DNA of 37,010 nucleotides from Pseudomonadota bacterium (GCA_023423235.1 JAFAFY010000427.1:1-37010); one strand, 5' to 3'; positions 1 to 8,214 are shown, counted from the first letter of the stretch. The notes: generated from the sequence alone by a model not told the origin. A program made the numbers and translations.

Positions 1-207
1 GCCGACGCCCGGCGCGGTGGCCGGTGGAATCGCCTGCGCCGGCTGGTCGTCTCGCGGCGCGGCGCCGGGATGCGGCGAACCGGGCGCGTCAGCTGGCGCG
101 GACGCTTCGGGCGCGGCGGTCGGCTGCGGCTGGCGCTCGCAGGCGCTCAAGCCCAGCACGAGGGCAAGCGCGGACGACAGGCTCGCGAAGCTGCGAAGGG
201 TGTGCAT
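1..207 (-). CDS. Putative lipoprotein, N-terminal part (runs off the window edge; not in the ORF track)
   Basis: Manual translation from ATG at 207: MHTLRSFASLSSALALVLGLSACERQPQPTAAPEAS... Signal peptide with LSAC lipobox, Pro/Ala-rich linker, GGAG upstream. Confidence 0.7.
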   Translation of the reverse strand, partial: MHTLRSFASLSSALALVLGLSACERQPQPTAAPEASAPADAPGSPHPGAAPRDDQPAQAIPPATAPGVG

Positions 208-321
208 GCGATGACTCCCGGAACGGTTTTCCGCAGCCTCGGCGATGCGCCGTCAACGCGACGCGAACCGACCCGCGCCACCGCCGGCGCGCGGACCGCC
301 CCTGCCATCGGCGCAACCGCA

Positions 322-1674
322 TCAGCGCGGCGGCGCGAAGTTCCGCCGCAGCCCGGCCCAGCAGCTCTGGTAATCGACCTGCCGGTGCGGCGCCTGCAAG
401 GCCTGCAGCGTCGGCCGGATCACCGCCCGGGTCTCGAACATGAAGGCCATGGTGTCGGCGACCACGTCCGGCTTCGACAGGTCGGCGACGCTGGCCTTGT
501 CGAACGTCGCCGCGTCCGGGCCGTGGCCGCTCATGCAGTTGTGCAGCGAACACGCGCCCGGCGCGAAGCCGTCGGCCTTGGCGTCGTACTGGCCATGGAC
601 CAGGCCCATGAATTCGCTGGCGACGTTGCGGTGGAACCACGGTGGCCGGAAGGTATGTTGCGCCACCAGCCAGCGCGGCGGGAAGATCGCGAAATCCATG
701 TTGGCCGAGCCGGGCGTGTCGCTGGGCGAGGTCAGCACGGTGAAAATGCTCGGGTCCGGGTGGTCGAAGCTGATCGAGCCGATGGTGTTGAAGCGGCGCA
801 GGTCGTACTTGTAGGGCGCGTAGTTGCCGTGCCAGGCCACCACGTCGAGCGGCGAATGGCCGATCGGCGCCTGCCACAGGTGGCCCTGGAACTTGGCGAT
901 CAACGAGAAGTCGCCGTCGATGTCCTCGTAGTGCGCCACGGGGGTCAGGAAATCGCGCGGATTCGCCAGGCCATTGGCGCCGATCGGGCCGAGGTCGGGC
1001 AGGCGCAGCGCGCGCCCCTGGTTCTCGCACACGTAACCGCGGCTGGGGCCGTCGGGCAGCTCGACGCGGAAACGGATGCCGCGCGGGATCACCGCGATCT
1101 CCTGCGGCGCGACGTCCAGCACGCCCAGCTCGGTCGCCAGCACCAGCCGGCCCTGCTGCGGCACCAGCAGCAGTTCGCCGTCGGCGCTGTAGAAGAAGCG
1201 ATCGGTCATGGAAGTGTTGGCGGCATAGACGTGGATGCCCACGCCCTCGTGCGCGCCGGCGCCGCCGGTGCCCGCGACCGAGAACAGGCCGTCGATGAAA
1301 TCGACCGGCGTCTCCGGCAGCGGCATCGGACTCCAGCGCAGCTGGTCGGGCGGCACCGGGCCGCGGTCGAAACCATCGTGGAAGCGGGCCTGCGCGAACG
1401 GCACGAAGGTCCCGTGCATCACCGCCGGGCGGATGCGGTACAGCCACGTGCGCCGGTTCTCGCCGCGCGGCGCGGTGAACGCGGTGCCCGACAGCTGCTC
1501 GGCATAGAGGCCATAGGCGACCTGCTGCGGCGAGTTCTGCCCGACCGGCAAGGTGCCGGGCTCGGCTTCGGTGGCGAACTCGTTGCCGAAGCCGGACATG
1601 TAGTCGGCCTCGCGGCTGCCCTGCGCCTCGCGTTGCGGCATCTGGATCACGTTGTCTTGGGTCGATGCGTTCAT
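322..1674 (-). CDS. hmgA: Homogentisate 1,2-dioxygenase
   Basis: Motifs [57 protein letters not shown]. Start set at MNAST (1674), which follows AGGTGA. Confidence 0.96.
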   Translation of the reverse strand: MNASTQDNVIQMPQREAQGSREADYMSGFGNEFATEAEPGTLPVGQNSPQQVAYGLYAEQLSGTAFTAPRGENRRTWLYRIRPAVMHGTFVPFAQARFHDGFDRGPVPPDQLRWSPMPLPETPVDFIDGLFSVAGTGGAGAHEGVGIHVYAANTSMTDRFFYSADGELLLVPQQGRLVLATELGVLDVAPQEIAVIPRGIRFRVELPDGPSRGYVCENQGRALRLPDLGPIGANGLANPRDFLTPVAHYEDIDGDFSLIAKFQGHLWQAPIGHSPLDVVAWHGNYAPYKYDLRRFNTIGSISFDHPDPSIFTVLTSPSDTPGSANMDFAIFPPRWLVAQHTFRPPWFHRNVASEFMGLVHGQYDAKADGFAPGACSLHNCMSGHGPDAATFDKASVADLSKPDVVADTMAFMFETRAVIRPTLQALQAPHRQVDYQSCWAGLRRNFAPPR

Positions 1675-1764
1675 CGCTTCACCTGGAGAATTGTTTGCCG
1701 CGGATTGGCACGCGTGACACGGATCGGGCGACGAAGCCCGGGCCGATCGGTGGCTCGGCGCCAC

Positions 1765-1869
1765 CGTCATTGCCGCGCAGGCCGGGCCCTTCAAGCCGGA
1801 CGGCCGGCATCCATCGACGTTTCCGTACCGGCCGGGAGTCCCGGGATCCCCGCCTGCGCGGGGATGACG
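1765..1869. repeat. Inverted pair of CGTC-type REP palindromic repeats
   Basis: CGTCATTGCCGCGCAGGC...GCATCCA faces GGATCCCCGCCTGCGCGGGGATGACG; intergenic between hppD and hmgA. Confidence 0.75.
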
Positions 1870-1929
1870 ACGTCCACTTCTTCGCCTCCGGTCCGCGCTG
1901 TCCGCATGCAGCCGCGGCCAGCAACGTCC

Positions 1930-3048
1930 CTACAGCACGCCGCGCTTCATCTGGTCGCGCTCGATGCTCTCGAACAGCGCCTGGAAATTGCCCTCGCCGA
2001 AACCCTCGTTGCCCTTGCGCTGGATGATCTCGAAGAAGATCGGCCCGATCGCGTTCTGGGTGAAGATCTGCAGCAGCTTGCGCTGCTTGGTCTCGGGATC
2101 GGCGTCGATGAGGATGCGGTTGCGGGCCAGCCGCGGCACGTCCTCGCCATGATCGGGGATGCGCTGGTCGATGACATCGAAATAGGTCTCGGGCGTGTCG
2201 AGGAATTCGATGCCGGCCTCGCGCATGCGCTCGACCGTGCTGTAGATGTCGTCGGTGAAGCAGGCGATGTGCTGGATGCCCTCGCCCTTGTAGGCATCGA
2301 GGTATTCGTTGATCTGCGACTTGGGGTCGCTCGATTCATTGAGCGGGATGCGCACGATGCCGTCCGGCGCGGTCATCGCCTTGGACACCAGCCCGGTCTT
2401 GGCGCCCTTGATGTCGAAGTAGCGGATCTCGCGGAAGTTGAACAGCCGCTCGTAGTAGTCCGACCACTTCTGCATGTTGCCCAGGTACAGGTTGTGGGTC
2501 AGGTGGTCGATGAAGGTCAGGCCGAACCCGGCCGGGTCCTGGTCGGCGCCGTCGATCGCCTCGTAGTCGTCGCCGTAGATCGAGCCGTTGTCGCCGTAGC
2601 GGTCGACCAGGTACAGCATGCAGTCGCCGATGCCCTTGACCACCGGCGCGTCGACCGCCTTGCTCGCCTCCCTGTCGGCGATCGGCTCGCCGCCGTTCTC
2701 CAGCACGCGGGCGTAGACCTCATCTGCCGGCTTGCCGAAGCGGATCGCGAACCCGCAAGCCGAAGGGCCGTGGGCGCGGGCGAAATCGGCGGCGAACGAA
2801 TCGGGCGTCTCGTTGACCAGGAAGTTCACCCCGCCCTGGCGGTAGACGGTGATCGGCCGGTTGCGATGGCGCAGCACGGCGGTGAAGCCCAGGTTGCGGA
2901 AATAATCGTGCAGCAGCGCCGCCTGGCCGGCCGGCGCGGCGAACTCGACGAACTCGAAGCCATCGATGCCCATCGGGTTCTCGAACGTGGTCACCTGCAT
3001 GCCCGGATTGGGGGCCTGTGCGCCGGTCTTGTGTGCTTGAACGCTCAT
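1930..3048 (-). CDS. hppD: 4-hydroxyphenylpyruvate dioxygenase
   Basis: ENPMGIDGFEFVEFA, IDHLTHN, GEGIQHIA, FFEIIQRKGNEGFGEGNF. GGAG precedes ATG at 3048. Confidence 0.97.
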   Translation of the reverse strand: MSVQAHKTGAQAPNPGMQVTTFENPMGIDGFEFVEFAAPAGQAALLHDYFRNLGFTAVLRHRNRPITVYRQGGVNFLVNETPDSFAADFARAHGPSACGFAIRFGKPADEVYARVLENGGEPIADREASKAVDAPVVKGIGDCMLYLVDRYGDNGSIYGDDYEAIDGADQDPAGFGLTFIDHLTHNLYLGNMQKWSDYYERLFNFREIRYFDIKGAKTGLVSKAMTAPDGIVRIPLNESSDPKSQINEYLDAYKGEGIQHIACFTDDIYSTVERMREAGIEFLDTPETYFDVIDQRIPDHGEDVPRLARNRILIDADPETKQRKLLQIFTQNAIGPIFFEIIQRKGNEGFGEGNFQALFESIERDQMKRGVL

Positions 3049-3102
3049 GGGATACTCCATCGCGGTGGGGCCGCGCCGCGGCGTGGCTTCGGATGGTACC
3101 TT

Positions 3103-3122
3103 GTAGTTTCAATTGCAACCAC
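3103..3122. promoter_or_regulatory. Candidate MarR operator (imperfect palindrome GTAGTTTCAATTGCAACCAC)
   Basis: AT-rich dyad in the short divergent gap between hppD and marR. Confidence 0.55.
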
Positions 3123-3141
3123 TTGCAAGGCGCAGTGCACC

Positions 3142-3633
3142 ATGACCCAGCAAGCTTCGACCACCACGGCCGCGCCCGCCCCGCATGAGGGCCACGGCCA
3201 CGCCTCGCTGGATCTCGAGCAGTTCCTGCCCTACCGCCTCAGCGTGCTGACCAACCGCATCAGCGGCGGCCTGGCCGAGCTGTATTCGGCCCGGTTCGAC
3301 ATCAGCATCACCGAGTGGCGGGTGATCGCCGTGCTCGGCCGCTACGCCGGCCTGTCGGCCAACGGCGTGGCCGAGCGCACTGCGATGGACAAGGTGGCGG
3401 TCAGCCGCGCGGTGGCGCGCCTGGGCGAGCGCGGCCTGCTGACCCGCGAGATGCACGAGGCCGATCGCCGCCGCTCGGTGCTGGCATTGAGCGAGGCCGG
3501 CTATGCGGTCTACGACGCCGTGGTGCCGCTGGCGCTGGACTACCAGCGCGAGGTGCTGGCGGCGCTGTCGTCCGAGGAGCGGCAGCTGTTCGACCGGCTG
3601 CTGGCCAAGCTGGAAACCCCGCTGCGCGATTGA
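3142..3633 (+). CDS. MarR-family transcriptional regulator, divergent from hppD
   Basis: C-terminal part of ORF 70..3633: LEQFLPYRLSVL...EWRVIAVL...MDKVAVSRAVARL...DRRRSVLALSEAG (winged helix). Confidence 0.92.
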   Translation: MTQQASTTTAAPAPHEGHGHASLDLEQFLPYRLSVLTNRISGGLAELYSARFDISITEWRVIAVLGRYAGLSANGVAERTAMDKVAVSRAVARLGERGLLTREMHEADRRRSVLALSEAGYAVYDAVVPLALDYQREVLAALSSEERQLFDRLLAKLETPLRD

Positions 3634-3889
3634 CCGCGCAGGGCCGGGCATGGGCCCATCCATGCGCCTGCCTGGACCGGCGTGCTCGAGTCCGGGATAA
3701 AAAAAGGCTATTCGGACTTCGGTATGGGCGACGACATCTTCCGCCTCGACTCGTCAATTCCAGATACTTGTGAAACTTCGTCGAACAGGAACGCTCCAGT
3801 ATCGGTCCGAAATGTGGAAGCGCTATCCCTGAGTTCAGTGAGTGCCCGATTCAGGTGTAGCGCTGCGCGTTAAACTCCCGCTCTTCGGG

Positions 3890-4587
3890 TCATGGCTCTG
3901 GAATCCGAAGGACCTTCATTCCCAGTACGTCCAGCCCCGAATGGGGCCCGATGGCAAGGTTCCCATGCGAATCGTCGGAGATAATGAAGGGCTGGGGACG
4001 GAGTCGTCGATCTCGACGGGCGTCACGACGCCGGTAGCAATGGTGTAGAGGTAGACCAGCGTGCCTCGCGGCGTCAGCCCCTCTACCTCGGAGGCGGTCA
4101 AACCTTGCGTCGGTTCCAGCGAGGGCAGCTCGGCAGAACCGATCAGACGGTCGTCGTCCAGGATGCGCCAGCTGAGGCCGGTGGCATCGGTGGGCGCATC
4201 AGGCCGTACTGGCGGCCTGGCGATGTCCTTGAGTCCGTCGACGGAGGCGACCGCATACTCCGCGTCGCCGAAATCTAACAAGACCCACTGCCGATTCGGG
4301 CTCGTCCGGAAACCGAAGATCGTGCCGTTGGCGGGAGCTGACCTGATCAACTCGCCGTTCAAGTCCACTAGCCTGGCTTCGGCTGAGCCCGGTGCGCGCA
4401 GCCGGAATGGCAACGGCCCGCGCTCCGGGATTGGGGGAGACGCTTCCTCCAACGGCACCGCAACCAGCCTGTAGCGAGCGGCTCCCTCTTCCGGTGGCGC
4501 TGGCGCGGAACCTGCTGCCGTCAACTCCGACGTACAGGCCGATACGAGAAGCGTGGCGACCAGGATGAGCGCGCGCAAAAGCTTCAT
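3890..4587 (-). pseudogene. Lipoprotein paralogue B (candidate orphan immunity protein), 1-nt frameshift near the 3' end
   Basis: MKLLRALILVATLLVSAC lipobox; colinear with 4732..5430. One base is missing at about 3994-3998. Restoring it gives ...QPFIISDDSHGNLAIGPHSGLDVLGMKVLRIPEP* (stop 3890-3892) and 232 aa, the same length as paralogue A. Confidence 0.8.
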
Positions 4588-4731
4588 GAGTGACGCCTCA
4601 AGTCTTCGAGCAATGCGCCCGCCACGGCATCGCAGATGTCCTTCCGGACCTGCTCGGAGCCATCGTCGATGCTGAGCAGTTCATCCTCTGAGCCAGCGCG
4701 ATATCGGCGCTGAAATCGTGACTGCTCAGGT
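4584..4731 (-). pseudogene. Relic of the 3' end of a diverged amidase allele
   Basis: Encodes SSHDFSADIALAQRMN and DELLSIDDGSEQVRKDICDAVAGALLEDLRRHS*. These match SNHNFDADTALARRVN and DELLSINDGYEQVRQDICDAVADALIEDLRRNS* of 5427..6719. Confidence 0.85.
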
Positions 4732-5430
4732 TCATCGGCTCGGGACCGGAATGATCTTCATCCCAAACACGTCCAGCCCCGAGTGGGGTCCGATGGCAAG
4801 GTTCCCACGCGAATCGTCGGAGATAATGAAGGGCTGGGGCACGGAGTCGTCGATCTCGACGGGGGTCATGGCGCCAGTGGCGATGGTGTAGATGTAGACC
4901 AGCGTGCCTCGCGGCGTCAGCCCCTCTACCTCGGAGGCGGTCAGACCTTGCGTCGGTTCCAGCGATGGTAGCTCGGCATAACCGATCAGACGGTCGTCGT
5001 CCAGGATGCGCCATTCGATGACGGTGGCGTCGGCGGGCGCATCTGGCTGTTTTGGTGGTCGGGTGATGTCCTTGAGCCCGTCGACGGACGCGACTAAATA
5101 CTCCGCGTTGCTGAGATCGAGCAAGACCCACTGCCGGTTCGGACTTGTCCGGAAACCGTAAATCGTGCCATCTGCGGGGGCCGACCTGACCAACTCGTCG
5201 TTCAAGTCCACTAGCCTGGCTTGCGCTGAGCCCGGCGCGCGCAGCCGGAATGGCAGCGGCTCGCGCTTCCGGGTTGGGGGAGACGCTTCCTCCAACGGCA
5301 CCGCAACCAGCCTGTAGCGAACCGCCTGATCTTGCGGTGGCGCTGGCGCGGAACCCGCTGCAGCCAACTCCGACGTGCACGCCGATACGAGAAGCGCGGC
5401 GACCAGGATGAGACCGTGCAGCAGCTTCAT
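4732..5430 (-). CDS. Lipoprotein paralogue A (candidate cognate immunity protein of the amidase)
   Basis: MKLLHGLILVAALLVSAC lipobox. Its start overlaps the amidase stop (ATGA, 5427-5430). The immunity role is inferred from position. Confidence 0.8.
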   Translation of the reverse strand: MKLLHGLILVAALLVSACTSELAAAGSAPAPPQDQAVRYRLVAVPLEEASPPTRKREPLPFRLRAPGSAQARLVDLNDELVRSAPADGTIYGFRTSPNRQWVLLDLSNAEYLVASVDGLKDITRPPKQPDAPADATVIEWRILDDDRLIGYAELPSLEPTQGLTASEVEGLTPRGTLVYIYTIATGAMTPVEIDDSVPQPFIISDDSRGNLAIGPHSGLDVFGMKIIPVPSR

Positions 5431-6719
5431 GAATTACGCCTCAAGTCTTCAATCAATGCGTCCGCCACGGCATCGCAGATGTCCTGCCGGACCTGCTCAT
5501 AGCCATCGTTGATGCTGAGCAGTTCGTCCACTGCCTGATTGTCGATGAACTCGACTTCAAGCAGTGCCGCCCGCAGGGGGTGCCAGGTGGCGGTGTTTCC
5601 CAGATCACGTTCGCTTTGAACCGCAAGATCCCTCTCGGACTTGATGCCGCGGTTCCTGGCACCCTCATCGTGGGCGAGGATGGCGTTGTACGCCGCGGTG
5701 TTCACCCGCCGTGCCAGCGCGGTGTCCGCGTCGAAGTTGTGGTTGCTGGCGCGGGGACGAATCAGTGTCTCTGTGCCTCTTGCAACGCCGTTTGCCCCAT
5801 TGAAGTGGAAGCTGAGCAGAATGTCGGCGCCACGGTCTTTACCGACATTCGCACGGACGGAGCCTGCGCGGTTTTCATCTTCAGTCCGCGTCATATGAAT
5901 TCGCAGGTTGCTGTTCTCGCCGACGCGCAGCGCCCGCAGCGCCGTTCTGGTACGCAGGCCAAAATCCAGCGTAAGTTCCTTTTCAAGAATGCCGCTGGTG
6001 TGCGAGGTGGCATTGTTGGCCGAGGAGCCTGGGCGATTGTCAGCGCCCCCATGTCCGGGATCAATCACGATGATCCCTGGCACCTCCAGATCGATCAGCT
6101 CCACGGAGGTTTCTTCGCCCTCCAACTGCACGCTGATGCGCACGGCATTGAAGGCGATGGGCGGCAGGTTGACACGGATGGCGGTGTGCCCGGTCTCGTC
6201 GACGGTGGTGGTGACCTGCTCCTGACTGATGCGGGCGAACCCGGTGGCTGTGAACTCGGCCGGCGCCTCGAAGCGGTCGCGATGCCCGTCCGCTGCCTGC
6301 GCCCAGTCTCCCCGGAAAACGGGATCGCCTGGCTCCTCGCCTTCGTCGACGGGAGGCACGAACAGCGGGGTCATCGACCATGTCACCGTTTTCCCGGCAT
6401 GATGGCCGTCGGGCCGGCCCTCGCTCCAGACCCGGATCTTCAGTTCGCGATGCGCGATGCGGTTGGTCGCAGGATCGACCTTGACCATCGGATGCTTGTG
6501 CGGGATGGCTTGCGGCTCGGTTGAGCCTTCGACGACGGCCGTGTCGTCATCGATGGCCGCGTCTTCATCGAGGATTTCCGGTGCAAGCGCGATGGCGTCG
6601 ATGTGCAGCACCTCCTCGGGCCGCTCGATCAGGACTTCCCTGCGCCTGGTGTCGGCAACGGGCGAAGTGGTTGAACTCGCAACGCGGCGATAGAGAAGCC
6701 TGGCAACGGTGATGGCCAT
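5427..6719 (-). CDS. N-acetylmuramoyl-L-alanine amidase (Amidase_3) with a ~210-aa N-terminal extension; candidate T6SS effector
   Basis: IVIDPGHGG, LEKELTL, LSFHFN and LLEVEFIDN supply the zinc-binding H/E/H and the catalytic E. No signal peptide evident. Confidence 0.88.
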   Translation of the reverse strand: MAITVARLLYRRVASSTTSPVADTRRREVLIERPEEVLHIDAIALAPEILDEDAAIDDDTAVVEGSTEPQAIPHKHPMVKVDPATNRIAHRELKIRVWSEGRPDGHHAGKTVTWSMTPLFVPPVDEGEEPGDPVFRGDWAQAADGHRDRFEAPAEFTATGFARISQEQVTTTVDETGHTAIRVNLPPIAFNAVRISVQLEGEETSVELIDLEVPGIIVIDPGHGGADNRPGSSANNATSHTSGILEKELTLDFGLRTRTALRALRVGENSNLRIHMTRTEDENRAGSVRANVGKDRGADILLSFHFNGANGVARGTETLIRPRASNHNFDADTALARRVNTAAYNAILAHDEGARNRGIKSERDLAVQSERDLGNTATWHPLRAALLEVEFIDNQAVDELLSINDGYEQVRQDICDAVADALIEDLRRNS

Positions 6720-6723
6720 GGGA

Positions 6724-7004
6724 TCAGACCTCCCTCACTTCCAGGGTGACTTCTTCGACATCGGCCGACCCAACGATATGCGTACGTCCGAATTCGTCGG
6801 TCATGCCATGCAAGTAGCTCCCGTCCTTGAGGAGGATGCGATAAGGCACGTTGGGCAGTGGCTCGCCGGATGCCTTGTCTTTCAGCACGAAGCCTTCGTC
6901 GAACAGCTTGACCCGGGTGTCCGGTAGCTTCGAGAGTTGAGCGGTCCGGAATTCACCTTCCAGGAACGGTGCTGGCTGGCCTTGACGATGAAGTTGCCGG
7001 GCAT
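6724..7004 (-). pseudogene. VgrG C-terminal-like fragment (end of DUF2345 plus transthyretin-like extension), 1-nt frameshift
   Basis: ATG at 7004 after AAAGGAA reads MPGNFIVKASQH. After a base lost at about 6967 it continues FLEGEFRTAQLSKLPDTRVKLFDEGFVLKDKASGEPLPNVPYRILLKDGSYLHGMTDEFGRT, resembling VgrG/PAAR C-terminal extensions. Confidence 0.7.
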
Positions 7005-7051
7005 GGGATAGTTCCTTTATTCGTGTGCGCCTTCCATGGAGATTTGCAGCA

Positions 7052-7827
7052 ATGACGCTGATCATCGCCGCCGATGCACAGGATCATCTGATCCTCGCCG
7101 GAGATCATTGCGCAGTGCTGTCTCGGGTGTCAAACAAGGGCGAAAACGAGGCCGTTCTCCGCAACTATCAGAAGGTCTACCCCTGGAAATACGGGGCCGT
7201 CGCTGCGTCTGGCGATGTATTCCTGATGGCGCATTTTTGCCGACTGTTCCTGCACCACGAAAGCAGGGGCCAACCCATCGATCTGCTGCAAGTTGCAAGA
7301 GAAGTGAAGGCGATGCGTTCCCGAAGTGTTACCCCGCCACACCAATCCACCGGCAACATCTTTTCACGTTGCCGGGGCGTGATGGATTCGAGTTGCATTG
7401 CGCTTCCTTCAGGGCGAGCACCGTCGAGTTCGAGGTCATCGCGCCGATCGGCACGCGCTTCTCGATGCGAGAAGAGCGGATACCGGACGAAGGTGCCTGC
7501 CACGCGTTCAACAGCAAGCTGCGACCATCGTTCCTCTTCGATGGCATCGATGCATTCCATCGTCACCATCTCGATAGTTTGAGTGGGTTCTTCGCCGGGC
7601 AAAGCGCGGTCGATGACTTTGTCACGCCGTCCTTTGACGCATTCATGCTCGAGAAGCGCTCCGGTGTATGCAGATTCTGGAGAACACCGGATTCCGAGAA
7701 GAAACTGATCTCCCTCAGGATCGACGAGGACGTTCCCAGCGAATGCTTCGCTGCTGACTCCATCCAAATGACGGACACGGAAGGCCGCATAAACCAACCG
7801 GCCCTGCAGGCTCTACGAGATCCTTGA
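7052..7827 (+). pseudogene. Hypothetical protein with a proteasome-beta/Ntn-hydrolase-like N-terminus, split by a 1-nt frameshift
   Basis: GGAG then ATG 7052: MTLIIAADAQDHLILAGD...YQKVY...AVAASGD. The frame switches at TTTT 7361-7364 into TLPGRDGFELH... The span of 776 nt is one base short of 259 codons. Confidence 0.65.
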
Positions 7828-8135
7828 GCTGCTCGATCGGCGACGTCAATTCCTTGGCGACCACATCGTTGCCCACATCGTAGTAGCCCTCATCAATGAG
7901 CCGATCCACCCGAGAGAAGGCAGGGCCTCGGCGGTGTGGCTTTCCCGACGTGCTGCCTGCCTTTTTGCCGGATGGGGCAAACCTCCCCACGGCATATCCG
8001 AAGTGGCCTGCAGGGGGACTGCCCCATGACACAACCTCACGCATCCAGGCAGAATTCAACACTGGAATCCATGATTCATTACTCTGTCTGCCGAGTCGGC
8101 CAATGGTGGCTTTCCACACCAGAATCCAAAAGACC

Positions 8136-8165
8136 AAAAGGACAGCGCCCAAGGGCGCTGTTTTT
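8136..8165. terminator. Intrinsic terminator, probably bidirectional, downstream of the POT transporter
   Basis: AAAAGG-ACAGCGCCC-AA-GGGCGCTGT-TTTT. Confidence 0.8.
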
Positions 8166-8214
8166 CGTTGCGCTTGTTGCCGGTTGCCGCGGCGGCGGCG
8201 CCACGGGCGAGCCG

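Larger units (their letters stand above)
3650..8140. other. Accessory islet (T6SS effector-immunity-like module plus gene relics); boundaries approximate
   Basis: Visibly more A/T-rich than the flanks; contains duplications and frameshifted genes; sits between marR and the POT transporter terminator. No integrase or transposase seen. Confidence 0.7.

Noticed and set aside
70..3141. 1187-aa plus-strand ORF suggesting a giant MarR fusion
   Set aside because: The first ~1020 codons are the antisense shadow of hmgA and hppD in high-GC DNA; only 3142..3633 looks like a real gene.
5427..6719. Amidase as an X-T4SS effector or as housekeeping AmiC
   Set aside because: The protein ends with the catalytic domain (no C-terminal XVIPCD-like tail), the lipoprotein lies downstream rather than upstream, and no signal peptide or AMIN domain is evident.
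3650..8140. Islet as a prophage lysis cassette or an IS/integrative element
   Set aside because: No holin, spanin, integrase, transposase or flanking direct repeats were recognised.
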